64,000 nucleotides of DNA from a bacterium (GCA_046331705.1 JAXLQJ010000027.1:1-64000), one strand, 5' to 3'. Positions 52,101 to 62,800 are shown, counted from the first letter of the stretch. Translations and numbers: made by a program. Notes: a model not told the origin generated them from the sequence alone.

Positions 52101-54767
52101 ATGGGCGAGTGGTTCGAGCGATCGAGAGCGCACGCGTGGGGCCGGGCTCGCCGGCTCGCGCGCGCTTGCGCGCTGGCCCTCGCCGTGGGGGCGAGCGGCG
52201 CGTGCGGGGATTCCGGCGGCGGCGGAGCGGCGCCGGACGGTCCGCCGCCCGTGGCGCGGCTCAGGGCGCCCGCCTACGCCTCGCCGGGTGTCGCGATCAG
52301 CGTGGATGCGTTCGCTTCGGGCGGCACCATCGAACGGCTCGTCCTCGATTTCGACGACGGGAGCCGGCTCGTCAATCCGTCGCACGGCTTCGCGCTGCAC
52401 CGCTTCGCGAGCCCCGGTGATTACACGATCCGCGCCACGCTCACTGGCGCGGGCGCGTCGTCCACCGCCGAGGCCACGGTACGCGTGGTGGCCGAGCCGG
52501 GGCCCACCACCCGCTTCGATCTGCCGGCGGACAAGGAGCGGCCGAGCTGGGGCGAGATCCCGTGGCCGAGCGATCTCTTCCGCGACGCTTCGGGCCGCGT
52601 CGCGGTCGACGGCGTCAACGTCGCCAACGGCATCGCCAAGAGCGTTCTCGAGGCGGGGCTCAATCAGCTCGATGGCTTCGGCACCACGACGGCGGCTTAC
52701 GTGTGGCTCGACGGCGACGTCGATCCAGCGTCGTTGCCGAGCACGCCCGAGGCGAGCACCGAGTACGGCAGCCCGATCGTGCTCATCGACATCGAGCCGA
52801 GCTCGCCGGCGTATCGAACCCGTGTGCCGGTGATCGCGACGTTCGACGCGCGCGATCGGCGACTTTCGGTGCTGCCGCGGCCCGGCGTTCCGCTTCGACC
52901 GAAGACGCGCTATGGCCTCGTCGTGCGCACGGATCTGTGGGGCACCCGCGCGGGCGCCCCCGCCGGCAGCGTTCGTGCGCCGGAGACGCTCGCGGCGCTG
53001 CTCGGCGGAGCGACTCCCGGCACGCCGTATGGGAGCGCCGCGCGCGCCGAGGTCGAGCTCTTGCGGGCGGCGCTCGCGTCCGAGCCGGACTTCCCTGCGG
53101 CGGACGTGAGCGGTGTGGCGGCGGCGACGGTGTTCACCACCCAGCACATCGAGGACGACCTCCTCGAGATACGTAACGCCCTCGAGCGCGGCGATTCCGG
53201 CGTTCCCGATCCCGCGCCGCGTTTCGATCCCCAGTGGATCTTCGGCGCCGGCGGCCGCGCGAGCCTCGATGCGCTCATCGGGCCGCAGCCCGACTCGGCA
53301 CCCGGCCTCCGGCCCAAGGCGCACCAGAACGTCGCGACGATCGTGACCAAGGCGTGGTTCCGGACGCCGATCTACCTGTCGCCGGACCCGCATTTCCTCG
53401 ATCCCTACGGCGGGACCTTCGTGGTCGAGAACGGCAAGCCGGTGGTGCAGCGCGTCGTCGAGCTGCCGTTCAGCCTGGCGCTGCCGAGCACGCCACCTCC
53501 GCCGAACGGTTACCCGGTGGTGATCGCGCAGCACGGTCTGGGCGGCGAGCGTTCGAGCGAGCTGCTGGTGATCGCGAACACGCTTTGCGCCGAGGGCTTC
53601 GCGATCGCGGCCATCGACGCCGTCCAGCACGGCGATCGCTACGATCTCTCGAGCTTCTCGCCCGCGCTGCGCGAGGTGCTCGATCCGGTCCTGAGATCGA
53701 TCGGCTTCGATCTGCCCGCGGCGGCCAAGGACGAAGCGCCCAACTACGCGCAGAGCACCCTCGACGGCCCGGACGGTTGGGCCGACGCGAACGGCGACGG
53801 CGCCACCATCGGTCTGGTGGACGCGCTCATCAACCTGGCTGGTTTTCGCGACAACTTCCGGCAGAACGTGGTCGATCACATGTCGCTGGCGCGCATGCTG
53901 CGCACCTTCGACGGCGAGATTCCCGGCGTGGGACGGGTGCGATTCGACCCCGATCAGCTCTACTACTCGGGTACCAGTCTGGGCGGCATCCTCGGCGCCA
54001 ACTTCGTGTCGTACGAGCCGACGGTGCGCGCCGCCAATCTGCACAACGCGGGAGGCGGGCTGGGTGTGAACCTGCTGGTGAACTCGCCCGGCATCGGCGG
54101 ATTGTTCGGCCCGCTCCTCGGTGTGGCGTTCGGCATCGGCTCGGACGGATTCTCGGATCCGAGCAGCCCGCTCGTGAACCTCGCGCAGACCGTGATCGAC
54201 GGTGGCGATCCCATCAACGTCGCGCGCTTCGCGCTGCGCGAGCCGCTCACGTACGCGTCCGGCCCGTCACAGCCGCGTTCGGTGCTGCTCTTGGAGGCGA
54301 TGTGGGATTACCTCGTGCCCAACGTGGCCAACGAGGCGCTGGCGCGGGCGTTCGGCCTCGCTCTCCTCGAGCCGTCGTATCGACCCGTCGAGGGCGTGGC
54401 ATCGGGCGGACCGACGATCGAAGGCAACGTGAACGGCAAGACCGGCGCGCTCGCCCAGTATTCGCCCGCGGAGCACGGAACGCTCTACGCCTATTCGCCG
54501 GGAGGCGTGTACTACGAGATCGGCTTCCCGTTCGCGACCGGCGAGCGCTTTCGACCGCTCGAACACGATTTCAGCGTGCGGCAACCGGTGAACGCCGCGA
54601 TCACGCAGATCCGCGACTTCTTCTTGGGCGTGCGAGCCGGCGGCGCCGGCACCGTCGAGATGAAGGACGGATACGCACCGCTTCACGACTACGACGACGA
54701 CGGATTCCTGGACGAGGACGAGATGGCCGCCGGCACCGACCCCAGCGACCCCAGCTCGCACCGCTGA
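52101..54767 (+). CDS. lipoprotein with PKD domain, lipase-like alpha/beta hydrolase and C-terminal Ca-binding repeat
   Basis: SGAC lipobox-like; DFDDGS...HRFASPGDYTI (PKD); VIAQHGLGG, YSGTSLG; DYDDDGFLDEDEMAAGTDP. Confidence 0.78.
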   Translation: MGEWFERSRAHAWGRARRLARACALALAVGASGACGDSGGGGAAPDGPPPVARLRAPAYASPGVAISVDAFASGGTIERLVLDFDDGSRLVNPSHGFALHRFASPGDYTIRATLTGAGASSTAEATVRVVAEPGPTTRFDLPADKERPSWGEIPWPSDLFRDASGRVAVDGVNVANGIAKSVLEAGLNQLDGFGTTTAAYVWLDGDVDPASLPSTPEASTEYGSPIVLIDIEPSSPAYRTRVPVIATFDARDRRLSVLPRPGVPLRPKTRYGLVVRTDLWGTRAGAPAGSVRAPETLAALLGGATPGTPYGSAARAEVELLRAALASEPDFPAADVSGVAAATVFTTQHIEDDLLEIRNALERGDSGVPDPAPRFDPQWIFGAGGRASLDALIGPQPDSAPGLRPKAHQNVATIVTKAWFRTPIYLSPDPHFLDPYGGTFVVENGKPVVQRVVELPFSLALPSTPPPPNGYPVVIAQHGLGGERSSELLVIANTLCAEGFAIAAIDAVQHGDRYDLSSFSPALREVLDPVLRSIGFDLPAAAKDEAPNYAQSTLDGPDGWADANGDGATIGLVDALINLAGFRDNFRQNVVDHMSLARMLRTFDGEIPGVGRVRFDPDQLYYSGTSLGGILGANFVSYEPTVRAANLHNAGGGLGVNLLVNSPGIGGLFGPLLGVAFGIGSDGFSDPSSPLVNLAQTVIDGGDPINVARFALREPLTYASGPSQPRSVLLLEAMWDYLVPNVANEALARAFGLALLEPSYRPVEGVASGGPTIEGNVNGKTGALAQYSPAEHGTLYAYSPGGVYYEIGFPFATGERFRPLEHDFSVRQPVNAAITQIRDFFLGVRAGGAGTVEMKDGYAPLHDYDDDGFLDEDEMAAGTDPSDPSSHR

Positions 54768-54783
54768 GCCCAGAGCGCCCGAC

Positions 54784-56499
54784 TCACGCGCCGGCGTGAG
54801 GCAGCTCGATGCGCAGCGCACCCGCGGCGGACGCGACGTAGGCATAGCGACTGTCGCTCGAGAAGCTGACGCCGCGGGTACGTGGGCCGATCTCGACGCG
54901 CTTCACCACCGCCATTCGGTCGGGGTCGATCACGAACAGCTCGCCGTGCAGGAAGTCCGCGGCCAGCAACCAGCGCCCGTCGGGGCTGAGCCGCACGAAC
55001 CGGAGCGAGCGCGCCAGGAACGTGCTCCCGAGCTGGGCGCCGCTGGTCAGGTCGAGCTCGAGGATCTCGCCGTTCTCGAACTCGGCGACGTACAGGCGCC
55101 CGCGTGCCGCATCCACGACCGCGCTGGCGCGATCGGCGATCGCCGGCAGCGGCCAGCGCGCCACCTGGCGCAGTCGGCCTTGCTCGGCGTCCAGCTCGAA
55201 GACCTGCACGTCGTACCGGACCGCGTAGATCCGCCCGTCCGCGTACGCGAAGTTCTTGCCCGTGCCCTCGATCACGTCCCGCTCCTCGCCGCCGGCGAGG
55301 TCGAGCCAGTGGATCGCATACCGGTCCGTCGAGACGATCAGCCCATCGCGCTCGGGGGCGAGCGCGAGCTGTAACGGCATCGGCGTCGAGAGCGGGAGGC
55401 GCCGTGTCGGCGCCGCCCATTCGCCGCTCAAGTCGAACGCGACGACGCTCGATTCGTGCGCGTCTCCGGCGTAGAGCCGCTTCGTCGCGCAGTCGAGCAG
55501 CGTGTTGTCGGCAGCGCCGAACTCGCCGATCCAGCGCCCTTCGCCCGTGAGCGGGTGGTACTCGAAGATGCCCGATCGCCCCCAGCGCGCCGTCAGGTAG
55601 AGGATGCCGTCGCTGCAGCCGGGCGTGATGCCGTAGATCTGCGCGAGCCGGAGGCTCGACGCGGCTGGGGTCGGCGCGTCGAACGGGATGAGCGGCTCGA
55701 CGCCGGCCTGTCTGCCGATGCGCGCCAGCGCCGGGGATTCGTCGCGCAGGTAGAAGGCCGCCACCGGCGTGGCGAGCAGGCATGCCGCGACCGAGAGCGC
55801 CGCATGCCACGGCCGCACGTGATCGAGCCCACGTCGCGCGGCGGCACCCGCCGCGACGAATGCAGCGGCGCACGCCGCGATCGCGGCGGGCAGCGCCAAT
55901 CGCCCGGTGGTCGAGAGCTCGTAGCCCACCACCACCAGCATCGCGCCGAGCACCCAGCGCGCGCCGGCACGTCGTCGCAGGGTCGCCCACGCGGCCGCGG
56001 CGAACCCGAGCGACACGACGAGCCAGATGCCGCCGACCACTCCCCAATACGCTTGGATCCAGCCGGCGAAGCCGATGCAGAAGACCGCGCTGTAGAGCGC
56101 GAGGCCGATCGACGCGAGGCGGAATCGCGCGCTCCCGCGGGCCTCGCTCACCTCCGCGGCGACCATCGCCACCATCCCCAGCACCACGATGAGCCCACCT
56201 TGGAGCGCGAGGAAGACGGCGACGGCATAGTGGATCCGGCTCGCGATCCCGAGGAGCGTCCTGCCCCAGCGTGGCGGTAGCGTGTCCGCGACCGCTTGCG
56301 GTGCCTCGAATGTTGGATGGGCGTACTCCGCGTCGATCGCGCGCGGATGGCGCAGCCCGAGCGCGCCGGGGTGCGGCAGCGCGAGCGCGCGCACCGGTGC
56401 GCTCGGCGCGACGAGCGGCTCGTCGCGCAGGCGATCGCCGCCTCGAGCGCCGCGTGTCGGCGCTCGAGGCGTGTGCGAGGAGCGAGAGGTCGAATGCAT
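54784..56499 (-). CDS. membrane-anchored beta-propeller (YncE-like) protein
   Basis: N-terminal TM bundle; blades LSPDGRWLLAAD, FSSDSRYAYVA; start uncertain. Confidence 0.65.
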   Translation of the reverse strand: MHSTSRSSHTPRAPTRGARGGDRLRDEPLVAPSAPVRALALPHPGALGLRHPRAIDAEYAHPTFEAPQAVADTLPPRWGRTLLGIASRIHYAVAVFLALQGGLIVVLGMVAMVAAEVSEARGSARFRLASIGLALYSAVFCIGFAGWIQAYWGVVGGIWLVVSLGFAAAAWATLRRRAGARWVLGAMLVVVGYELSTTGRLALPAAIAACAAAFVAAGAAARRGLDHVRPWHAALSVAACLLATPVAAFYLRDESPALARIGRQAGVEPLIPFDAPTPAASSLRLAQIYGITPGCSDGILYLTARWGRSGIFEYHPLTGEGRWIGEFGAADNTLLDCATKRLYAGDAHESSVVAFDLSGEWAAPTRRLPLSTPMPLQLALAPERDGLIVSTDRYAIHWLDLAGGEERDVIEGTGKNFAYADGRIYAVRYDVQVFELDAEQGRLRQVARWPLPAIADRASAVVDAARGRLYVAEFENGEILELDLTSGAQLGSTFLARSLRFVRLSPDGRWLLAADFLHGELFVIDPDRMAVVKRVEIGPRTRGVSFSSDSRYAYVASAAGALRIELPHAGA

Positions 56500-56759
56500 G
56501 TGTGCGTGGTCGCCGTGCGCAGGGGATGGACCTGGATCGCAAGGCGCGCACCATCTCGATCTCGCTGGAATCGCGAGCTTTTCTGCGCTGGTGGTTCAGC
56601 GACGGCCATGCAAATCGCGACTCGACGCGCACGATGCGTGCGCGCGATCTGCAAGCCCGCACGGGCGTTTTGCCGCGCCCGGCTGCGCGCGAGGTCGCGC
56701 GCTGCGCGTGAAACGCGGGGAGGGAACGCGTGCCGCGGCGGGCGCGGCTTACGCGCCGA

Positions 56760-57668
56760 TCAGGGCGTGGGGATGCGGTCGTAACGGTGCAGCGACGGAT
56801 GAGCGCCTTCGCTGAGCGTGAAGTACGCGGAGCCATCGGCGGCGAAGCCCAGCGCCTCGCCCTGGCCCTCGCCGGCGAGCCAGAGCGAGCACGGTGGCCC
56901 GGCGAGCGTGTCGGCCACCGTGGCGCCCGGCTCGAAGCACCACGCGAAGGCGCTGGTGTAGGTGCGGATCGCGATGAACTGGCGCAAGCCGTCGATGTCG
57001 CCGCCGGTCGGTTGTGCGCCGCCGGGCAGCGGGTCCGCGCCGAAGACGAGCGACGCCACCTCGGTGAGCGTCGTGGTCGCGACCGTGTCGAGCGGCGCCG
57101 CGGCTTGGAAGACCTGCGACGCGAGGCCCGCGGCCGCCGGCTTGGTGACGATGTAGAGGTCGCCGTTCGCCGGATCGATCAGGAGCGTCTCGGCGTTGTG
57201 GGGCCGGTCCGGATACGCGAGCCGGATCCGCTCGACGCCAGCCAGCGACACCGTGCCGGGAACCTCGCCGACCACGGGCTCCGGCGCTCGGTAGACGCTG
57301 ACGGATGCGCGGCTCTCGCCGTTGTCGCCGATGTCGCCCACGTAGAGATACGGAACGCCGGCCTCCGGCCCCGGGCCGACGGCGATGTCCTCCCAATCGG
57401 TGGCCGTCGCGCCGTCGAACAGGAAGGTGCCGCGCCACGCACCGGCGGTGTCGATCGCGAACACGCGCGCGGCATCTCCCGAGTCGTTGTGGATCCAGAG
57501 CACCGACGGGTCGAGGCGGCCGCCGGCGACGCCCGAGGCTTCGGTGACGTCGGATTGCGCGACCACGCCGGCGACGACGGGCGTGCCGTAGTCGGGGCAG
57601 TGTGCGTCGCAGCCGAAACCGAACGCCGTCGAGGTCGCGATAGCCAGGGCGAGTGAACCGATCTTCAT
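56760..57668 (-). CDS. secreted/lipoprotein propeller-type hydrolase (EASG..W.HNDSG..DWED family)
   Basis: EASGVA, LWIHNDSGD, DWEDIA, YVGDIGDN, NAETL, QGEALGF. Confidence 0.75.
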   Translation of the reverse strand: MKIGSLALAIATSTAFGFGCDAHCPDYGTPVVAGVVAQSDVTEASGVAGGRLDPSVLWIHNDSGDAARVFAIDTAGAWRGTFLFDGATATDWEDIAVGPGPEAGVPYLYVGDIGDNGESRASVSVYRAPEPVVGEVPGTVSLAGVERIRLAYPDRPHNAETLLIDPANGDLYIVTKPAAAGLASQVFQAAAPLDTVATTTLTEVASLVFGADPLPGGAQPTGGDIDGLRQFIAIRTYTSAFAWCFEPGATVADTLAGPPCSLWLAGEGQGEALGFAADGSAYFTLSEGAHPSLHRYDRIPTP

Positions 57669-57938
57669 GAGCACGGCACTCCGAGCGCAGGTGGTGAGGC
57701 GCGCTCATTCATCATGCGTGCGTTGCGAATGGCGCAGCAAGCGCGCGCCCGGGTCGTGGCGCGAGAGCCTCGGGACGAGCGCGCGACCCGCCCCCGCGAG
57801 CCGGCGGAGAAGAGGTTCCCGACCCGTCGAATGCACCGCGCGATCGCGGCTTGACCCCATCCACTTCTAGTGAGAAACAGTGGCTCGCGATCGTCATTGT
57901 TCTCGCGCGAGCGGCAGCGAACGGGAGGCTCGAGCAAC

Positions 57939-58316
57939 ATGCATTGTCCGGGCTGTGGAGAGGCGGTCCCCGAGGCGAGCCGGTTCTGTCACGTGTGCGG
58001 CGGGGCCGTCGACGGCAGCGTTGGGCCGGTGGTCGTGGTGCGTGGTCACGGCACCGAGGCCGGCGCCACGACCATCGAGATCGAGACCTACCTCCGCTCC
58101 GCGATCCTCACGACACTGTGCTGCTGCATGCCCGCAGGGATCGTCGCGATCGTGTATGCCGCGCAGGTGAAGGGGCGCGCGGAGGCTGGTGACATCGCCG
58201 GCGCCCAGCAGCTGTCGCGCAAAGCGAGGCTCTGGTGCTGGATCAGCCTCGGATCCGGGCTGGTCGTCGGGGTGCTGTGGAGCATCGCGAACCTGCTGGG
58301 CCAGGTGGATCGATGA
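57939..58316 (+). CDS. CD225/dispanin family protein with N-terminal zinc ribbon
   Basis: CPGCG...FCHVCG; TYL..AILTTLCCCMPAGIVAIVYAAQV...GDIAGA...SRKARLWCW. Confidence 0.9.
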   Translation: MHCPGCGEAVPEASRFCHVCGGAVDGSVGPVVVVRGHGTEAGATTIEIETYLRSAILTTLCCCMPAGIVAIVYAAQVKGRAEAGDIAGAQQLSRKARLWCWISLGSGLVVGVLWSIANLLGQVDR

Positions 58317-58861
58317 TCCCGACTGGAGCTCGGCTCGTCACCGCGCTCGATCGGCGGCGCGCCGCGCTGGCGCTCGGGCTGGCGGGCGCGGGGTTCGTCG
58401 TGGCGCTGTGGGTGCTCCGCGTCCGAGACCCGTCCCTCGGCGGATACCCGCCGTGTCTCTTTCATCGATGGACGGGGCTGCTCTGTCCGGGCTGCGGCAC
58501 ACTGCGCGCGCTGCACGCGTTGCTGCACGGGAACCTGGCGCTGGCCGTACGGGACAACCTGCTCACGACCCTCGTTTTGCCGATCGTCGCCGTCGAGCTC
58601 GCGAGTCGGTGGTCGAGGGCGATCTGGCGCTGGCCGCGCGTGCGGGTCGGCATCCTCGACCGATTCCCCCGCGCCGTGGCGGCGATCGTGGTGCTGTTCA
58701 CGCTGCTGCGGAACGTTCCCGCCGAGCCGTTCTCCTGGCTCGCGCCCCCGCGCCAGCGGCCTCGGGTCGACTCGGCGCGCCCCGCAGGGCGCACCGCGGG
58801 CCTCATTCCACCTGGATCGAGAACGTGCGCGTGGGGCGGGACGGGTTGGGTATCTGGCTGA
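58313..58861 (+). CDS. DUF2752 domain membrane protein
   Basis: PPCLFHRWTGLLCPGCGTLRALHALLHG, FTLLRN; ATGA overlap. Confidence 0.88.
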   Translation: MIPTGARLVTALDRRRAALALGLAGAGFVVALWVLRVRDPSLGGYPPCLFHRWTGLLCPGCGTLRALHALLHGNLALAVRDNLLTTLVLPIVAVELASRWSRAIWRWPRVRVGILDRFPRAVAAIVVLFTLLRNVPAEPFSWLAPPRQRPRVDSARPAGRTAGLIPPGSRTCAWGGTGWVSG

Positions 58862-59381
58862 AGGTCACGCCGTTGCTGCTGAGCGGCGAGAGCTGCACCT
58901 GACAGCTATCACCCGGCGCGGTCGTGTAGGCGCGCTGGTTCCGATTGCGCGGGTTGTCCTCGTCCGCGTGCGTCCGCATCATGCAGCTCACGACGGCGTC
59001 ATTCGTGGTCGCAGCGCATTTCCCGGTCCTGCCGTGCATCGCGGCGTCGAGCTCGTTGGCGACCTCTCCATTGAGCGCCACGTAGACGTTGTCGCAGGTG
59101 GCGGCGCGCGCCTTCTCGCGAGCGCCGAGAAGCTGCGGGATCGCGATGGCGGCGAGGATGCCGATGACGGCGAGCCCGAACGGGATCGCCACGAGTAGCA
59201 GGATGGCGCCCAAGCCAGCGCCCTTCACGATGACCACCGGCCGTGTGTCGGCCGGTGGCGGGACCACGCGCCGTTGCGCCGAGGGCGGCAGCTGGGCGCG
59301 GAAGGCGGCGAGGTCGTGCCCGCACGAGCGACAGAAGCGGGCGTTCTCATCCGCGTAGTTTCCGCATTGAGGGCAGTACAT
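58803..59381 (-). CDS. zinc-ribbon protein fused to a type IV pilin-like domain
   Basis: MYCPQCG...FCRSCG; IGILAAIAIPQLLGAREKARAATC. Confidence 0.75.
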   Translation of the reverse strand: MYCPQCGNYADENARFCRSCGHDLAAFRAQLPPSAQRRVVPPPADTRPVVIVKGAGLGAILLLVAIPFGLAVIGILAAIAIPQLLGAREKARAATCDNVYVALNGEVANELDAAMHGRTGKCAATTNDAVVSCMMRTHADEDNPRNRNQRAYTTAPGDSCQVQLSPLSSNGVTFSQIPNPSRPTRTFSIQVE

Positions 59382-59587
59382 GAGCGTCCTCGATCTCGCG
59401 AGCTCGGTTCGGCGCGCAGGCGCTGCCGCGCCTCCGGAAGCCGGTGCCGCCGGAGGCCGATAATGCGCCGCATGCTAGCGACTTCCCTGGGCTCGTCGCA
59501 ACGGTTCGCGATGGCCGCTCGCGATGGCGGGGATCGCGCGCGCACCGATCGATCGCGCGCGGGTCGCGCGCCGGCGATCGGCGCCGT

Positions 59588-60886
59588 TCACCAGCTCCGT
59601 AGCGTGGCGACGAAGTCGGCGCCGAGGTTCCAGCCCGAGAGGCTCATCGCATTCTCGTAGAAGCCGAGCTCGCGGAAGCCGGGCTCGGGGACGTGCTGGT
59701 AGTCGTCGGGCATGTGGACGTAGCCGACGTAGCCATCGCATTGGGAGCCGATCATCGGAAAGCGCACGCCGCGCTCGACGAGCGTCTGCTTGAGCGCGAG
59801 CGCCACGTTGACGCCCAGATCGCACGGTGTCCCGAGCCACGCGCTGTCGCCGAGGCGCACGAGGTGGAGTGGCGCGTCGGGGTCGCCATGGCGCGCGTGC
59901 CGCGCTTGCGCGGCGATCCAGCGCCGCAGTGGGAACGTGGCGGCTTCGGCGAGCCAGCCGTGGCGCATCGTCGCGGGAAAGACTCGACAGGTGGGCGGTG
60001 GCAGCGGGACGCGCGCGAGGCGCGTCTCGAAGGGCTCGTGGGACAAGGGGGCGAGCGCCGTCTCGGCGCGGTCGACGCCGTCCTCCAGGAGCGAGCCGAC
60101 GAGCGAGAGGTGGACGTCGATGGGCTGCGGGAACTCGGGGAAGAGCGGGCTCAGGCCGCCCACGGCTCCCTGGAAGAACATCGCGCGCCGCCCGCGTGCT
60201 TCGATCCGCCTGCAGAGCTCGCCCGGGAAGTCGGCGCTGATCGCATGGCGATCGCGCTCCGAGCCGATCACCGGATGCGCCGAGAAGCTCACCACGTCGA
60301 TGGGACGATGGTGCTCGCGCTCGAAGCGCACCAGCGTCAGGTCGGGATCGATCGGGCCGAGCAAGCGACGGCGATTCGCGTTCACGCCCGTGAGCGCCAC
60401 CCGCGCGCCGAGCAGCCGCGCCGGCGTGGCGCGAGCGCGGGATTCGCGCGCCACTTGGGCGAGCCTGGCGACCAACTCGCGGAAGATCGACTCCTGGTAG
60501 GGCCCCATGAAGTAGCGGACCAGCGGCCCGCCGTTCCAATAGCCACCCGTCGCCGAATGACTGTGGGTGGCGGCGAGCAAGAGCGCGGATGGCTCGACCT
60601 CGGCGGCGCGCGCCACGGCCTGGTGGAGCGCGGCGGGCACCACCAGCAAGTCGGCGATCACGAGCGTCGCCGCGCGCTCGCCCGCCTGGATGTGCAGCGC
60701 ACGGGCGTGCAGGGGATCGCGAACGCGCTGCGCGAGGCGGCCCTTGCGGTCGGTCTCGCCCGCGAGCGGCGTGCCGACGGGAGGAGTGATGTCGATGCGC
60801 GCATAACCGACGCAGAGCTCGGGCGACTGCGGGCGCGGGGACCGCGGCGGTGCGGCGGCGGAGCGTCGTTCCGTTCGGGTGGCCAT
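59588..60886 (-). CDS. neutral/alkaline ceramidase N-terminal-domain family hydrolase
   Basis: IDITPP.G.PLAG, DPLHARAL, ATHSHS, ISADFPG, FFQGAVG, GYVGY. Confidence 0.8.
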   Translation of the reverse strand: MATRTERRSAAAPPRSPRPQSPELCVGYARIDITPPVGTPLAGETDRKGRLAQRVRDPLHARALHIQAGERAATLVIADLLVVPAALHQAVARAAEVEPSALLLAATHSHSATGGYWNGGPLVRYFMGPYQESIFRELVARLAQVARESRARATPARLLGARVALTGVNANRRRLLGPIDPDLTLVRFEREHHRPIDVVSFSAHPVIGSERDRHAISADFPGELCRRIEARGRRAMFFQGAVGGLSPLFPEFPQPIDVHLSLVGSLLEDGVDRAETALAPLSHEPFETRLARVPLPPPTCRVFPATMRHGWLAEAATFPLRRWIAAQARHARHGDPDAPLHLVRLGDSAWLGTPCDLGVNVALALKQTLVERGVRFPMIGSQCDGYVGYVHMPDDYQHVPEPGFRELGFYENAMSLSGWNLGADFVATLRSW

Positions 60887-60946
60887 GGGAGGACCTCGCA
60901 GTGGATCACGCCGGGTCGGTGGCGAGCGGCCGTCGGGAAGGATCGC

Positions 60947-62530
60947 TCAGCGTGCCAGGCGCCGGAACTCGCCCCAGTCGATCCCGAGTTTGCGCATGCG
61001 TCCGCGCAGGGTGTGAGGATTGATGCCGAGCCGCGCCGCCGCACCGAACGGCCCTTCGACGCGGCCCAGCGACGCGCGCAGCGCGTCCTCGATGTGGCGC
61101 CTCATCGCGGCGTCGAGGGTCGGTGGCTGGGCGTCGAATCGCGCGGGCGGCGCGGCGCGCGCCGGCTCGAACGCCGTGGCTCGCGGTGGCTCGGGCGCGG
61201 TCGGCAGCTGCGCTTCCGGCGCGGTGACGCCGAGCGCTTGCGCCACCGCGAGTCGCGTGCCGTCTCCCAGGATCGCCGCGCGCTCGATGACGGCGGCGAG
61301 CTCGCGGACGTTGCCGGGCCACGCGTAGCCCACGAGGAGCTCGATGGCCGCGGCGCTCGGCACCAGCGGCTTGCCGTGGAGCCTGAGCCCGGCGCGCCAC
61401 GCGAAATGAGTCGCGAGCGCGGGGATGTCCTCGATGCGCTCGCGAAGCGGCGGAAGCCGGATCGGGAACACGCTGATCCGGTACCACAGGTCCTGGCGGA
61501 AGACGCCCTCCGCGATCAGGCGCTCCACGTCGCGATGGGTCGCGGCGACGATCCGCACGTCCACCCGGAGGCTGCGCTGGCCGCCGACGCGCTCGAACGT
61601 GCCGTCTTGCAGCACGCGCAGGAGGCGCACCTGCGCGGCGGCGGGCAGCTCGCCGAGCTCGTCGAGAAAGAGCGTGCCGCCGTCGGCGCGCTCGAACCAG
61701 CCCTGCCGGGTGGCGATGGCGCCGGTGAAGCTGCCGCGCTCGTGTCCGAACAGCTCGGAGTCGACGAGCTCCGGCGGGATGGCGCCGCAGTTCACCCGCA
61801 GAAACGGCCCGCCCGCGCGCCGCGAACGCGAATGGATGGCGCGGGCGACGACCTCCTTGCCCGAGCCGGTCTCGCCGAGGATCAGCGCGGGAGCGTCGGT
61901 GGGTGCCACCTGTGCGACGCGCTCCATCACGTCCTTGAGGCCCGCGCTTCCGCCGACCACGGATTCGCTGATGTCCTGGCGTTCCAGGCGCGAGAGCAGC
62001 GCCCGGTTGTCCGCTTCCACGGCTTCGCGTAGCCGCGCCAGCTCGTGGAAGCGCTGGTCGTTGTCGAGCGCCACGGTGAAGGGCTCGAGCAACGAGCGCA
62101 CCACGCGCTCGTGCTGCGGCGTGAAGCGTTGCTGGCCGCGCGCGACCACCACCAGCACGCCGACGGGGCCGGAACCGTCGACCAGCGGGCCCGCGATCAC
62201 GCGAGCGGAGATGCCCTCGGGCACCAAGAGCGCGAGCAGCGCGTCGGGGCCATGGCCTTTTCCGGCCAGCACGCCGCCGCGACGGCACCAGGTCGCGACC
62301 TTCTCGATGTCCGCCGGCGCACAGCGGCTGCGCACCTTGGTGGGCGGCGGCTCCTGGCCGCACACGCCGGTGGCGACGGTCTCGATCCGCTCGTGCTTGA
62401 GGTCGATCCGCCGGACCAGCACCAGCTCGAGCGGGAGCTGGCGCGCGAGCAGGGGCGCGATGCGCGCCACCGACTCGCCGATGTCGAGATGGCGGCAGGC
62501 TTCGCGCCAGACGTCGAGGAGGATCGCCAT
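60947..62530 (-). CDS. sigma-54-dependent enhancer-binding protein (GAF-AAA-Fis HTH, FhlA-like)
   Basis: GETGSGKE, SELFGHERGSFTGA, LFLDELGE, WPGNVREL, AARLGINPHTLRGRMRKLGI; start 62530 or 62578. Confidence 0.93.
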   Translation of the reverse strand: MAILLDVWREACRHLDIGESVARIAPLLARQLPLELVLVRRIDLKHERIETVATGVCGQEPPPTKVRSRCAPADIEKVATWCRRGGVLAGKGHGPDALLALLVPEGISARVIAGPLVDGSGPVGVLVVVARGQQRFTPQHERVVRSLLEPFTVALDNDQRFHELARLREAVEADNRALLSRLERQDISESVVGGSAGLKDVMERVAQVAPTDAPALILGETGSGKEVVARAIHSRSRRAGGPFLRVNCGAIPPELVDSELFGHERGSFTGAIATRQGWFERADGGTLFLDELGELPAAAQVRLLRVLQDGTFERVGGQRSLRVDVRIVAATHRDVERLIAEGVFRQDLWYRISVFPIRLPPLRERIEDIPALATHFAWRAGLRLHGKPLVPSAAAIELLVGYAWPGNVRELAAVIERAAILGDGTRLAVAQALGVTAPEAQLPTAPEPPRATAFEPARAAPPARFDAQPPTLDAAMRRHIEDALRASLGRVEGPFGAAARLGINPHTLRGRMRKLGIDWGEFRRLAR

Positions 62531-62717
62531 GGGGTCGTTCGGTTTGCCGAGGTTCTCACCTCGAGCCGGCGAATGCAACGGAAATTCTAGCCTCAGTCAT
62601 GGCTCATCGGCCAGTAAACCCGCTTAATGCGACGGGAAAAGTAACTTCCGATGACGCAGATTCGGGCTGGGTCGGATATTCGCCGTGATTTCAGCGCCTT
62701 GTGCCACCGCGCGCGGT

Positions 62718-62733
62718 TGGCCCAGCGACTGCA
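62718..62733 (+). promoter_or_regulatory. sigma-54 (-24/-12) promoter
   Basis: TGGCCCAGCGACTGCA: GG at 62719-20 and GC at 62731-32, exact 12-bp spacing; divergent from the EBP gene. Confidence 0.75.
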
Positions 62734-62800
62734 CTGTGGGGTGTGGCGAGCCGCGATGGCTCGAGCGTGGATGGACCACCAGCACGCCAGGAGCCTCCGC

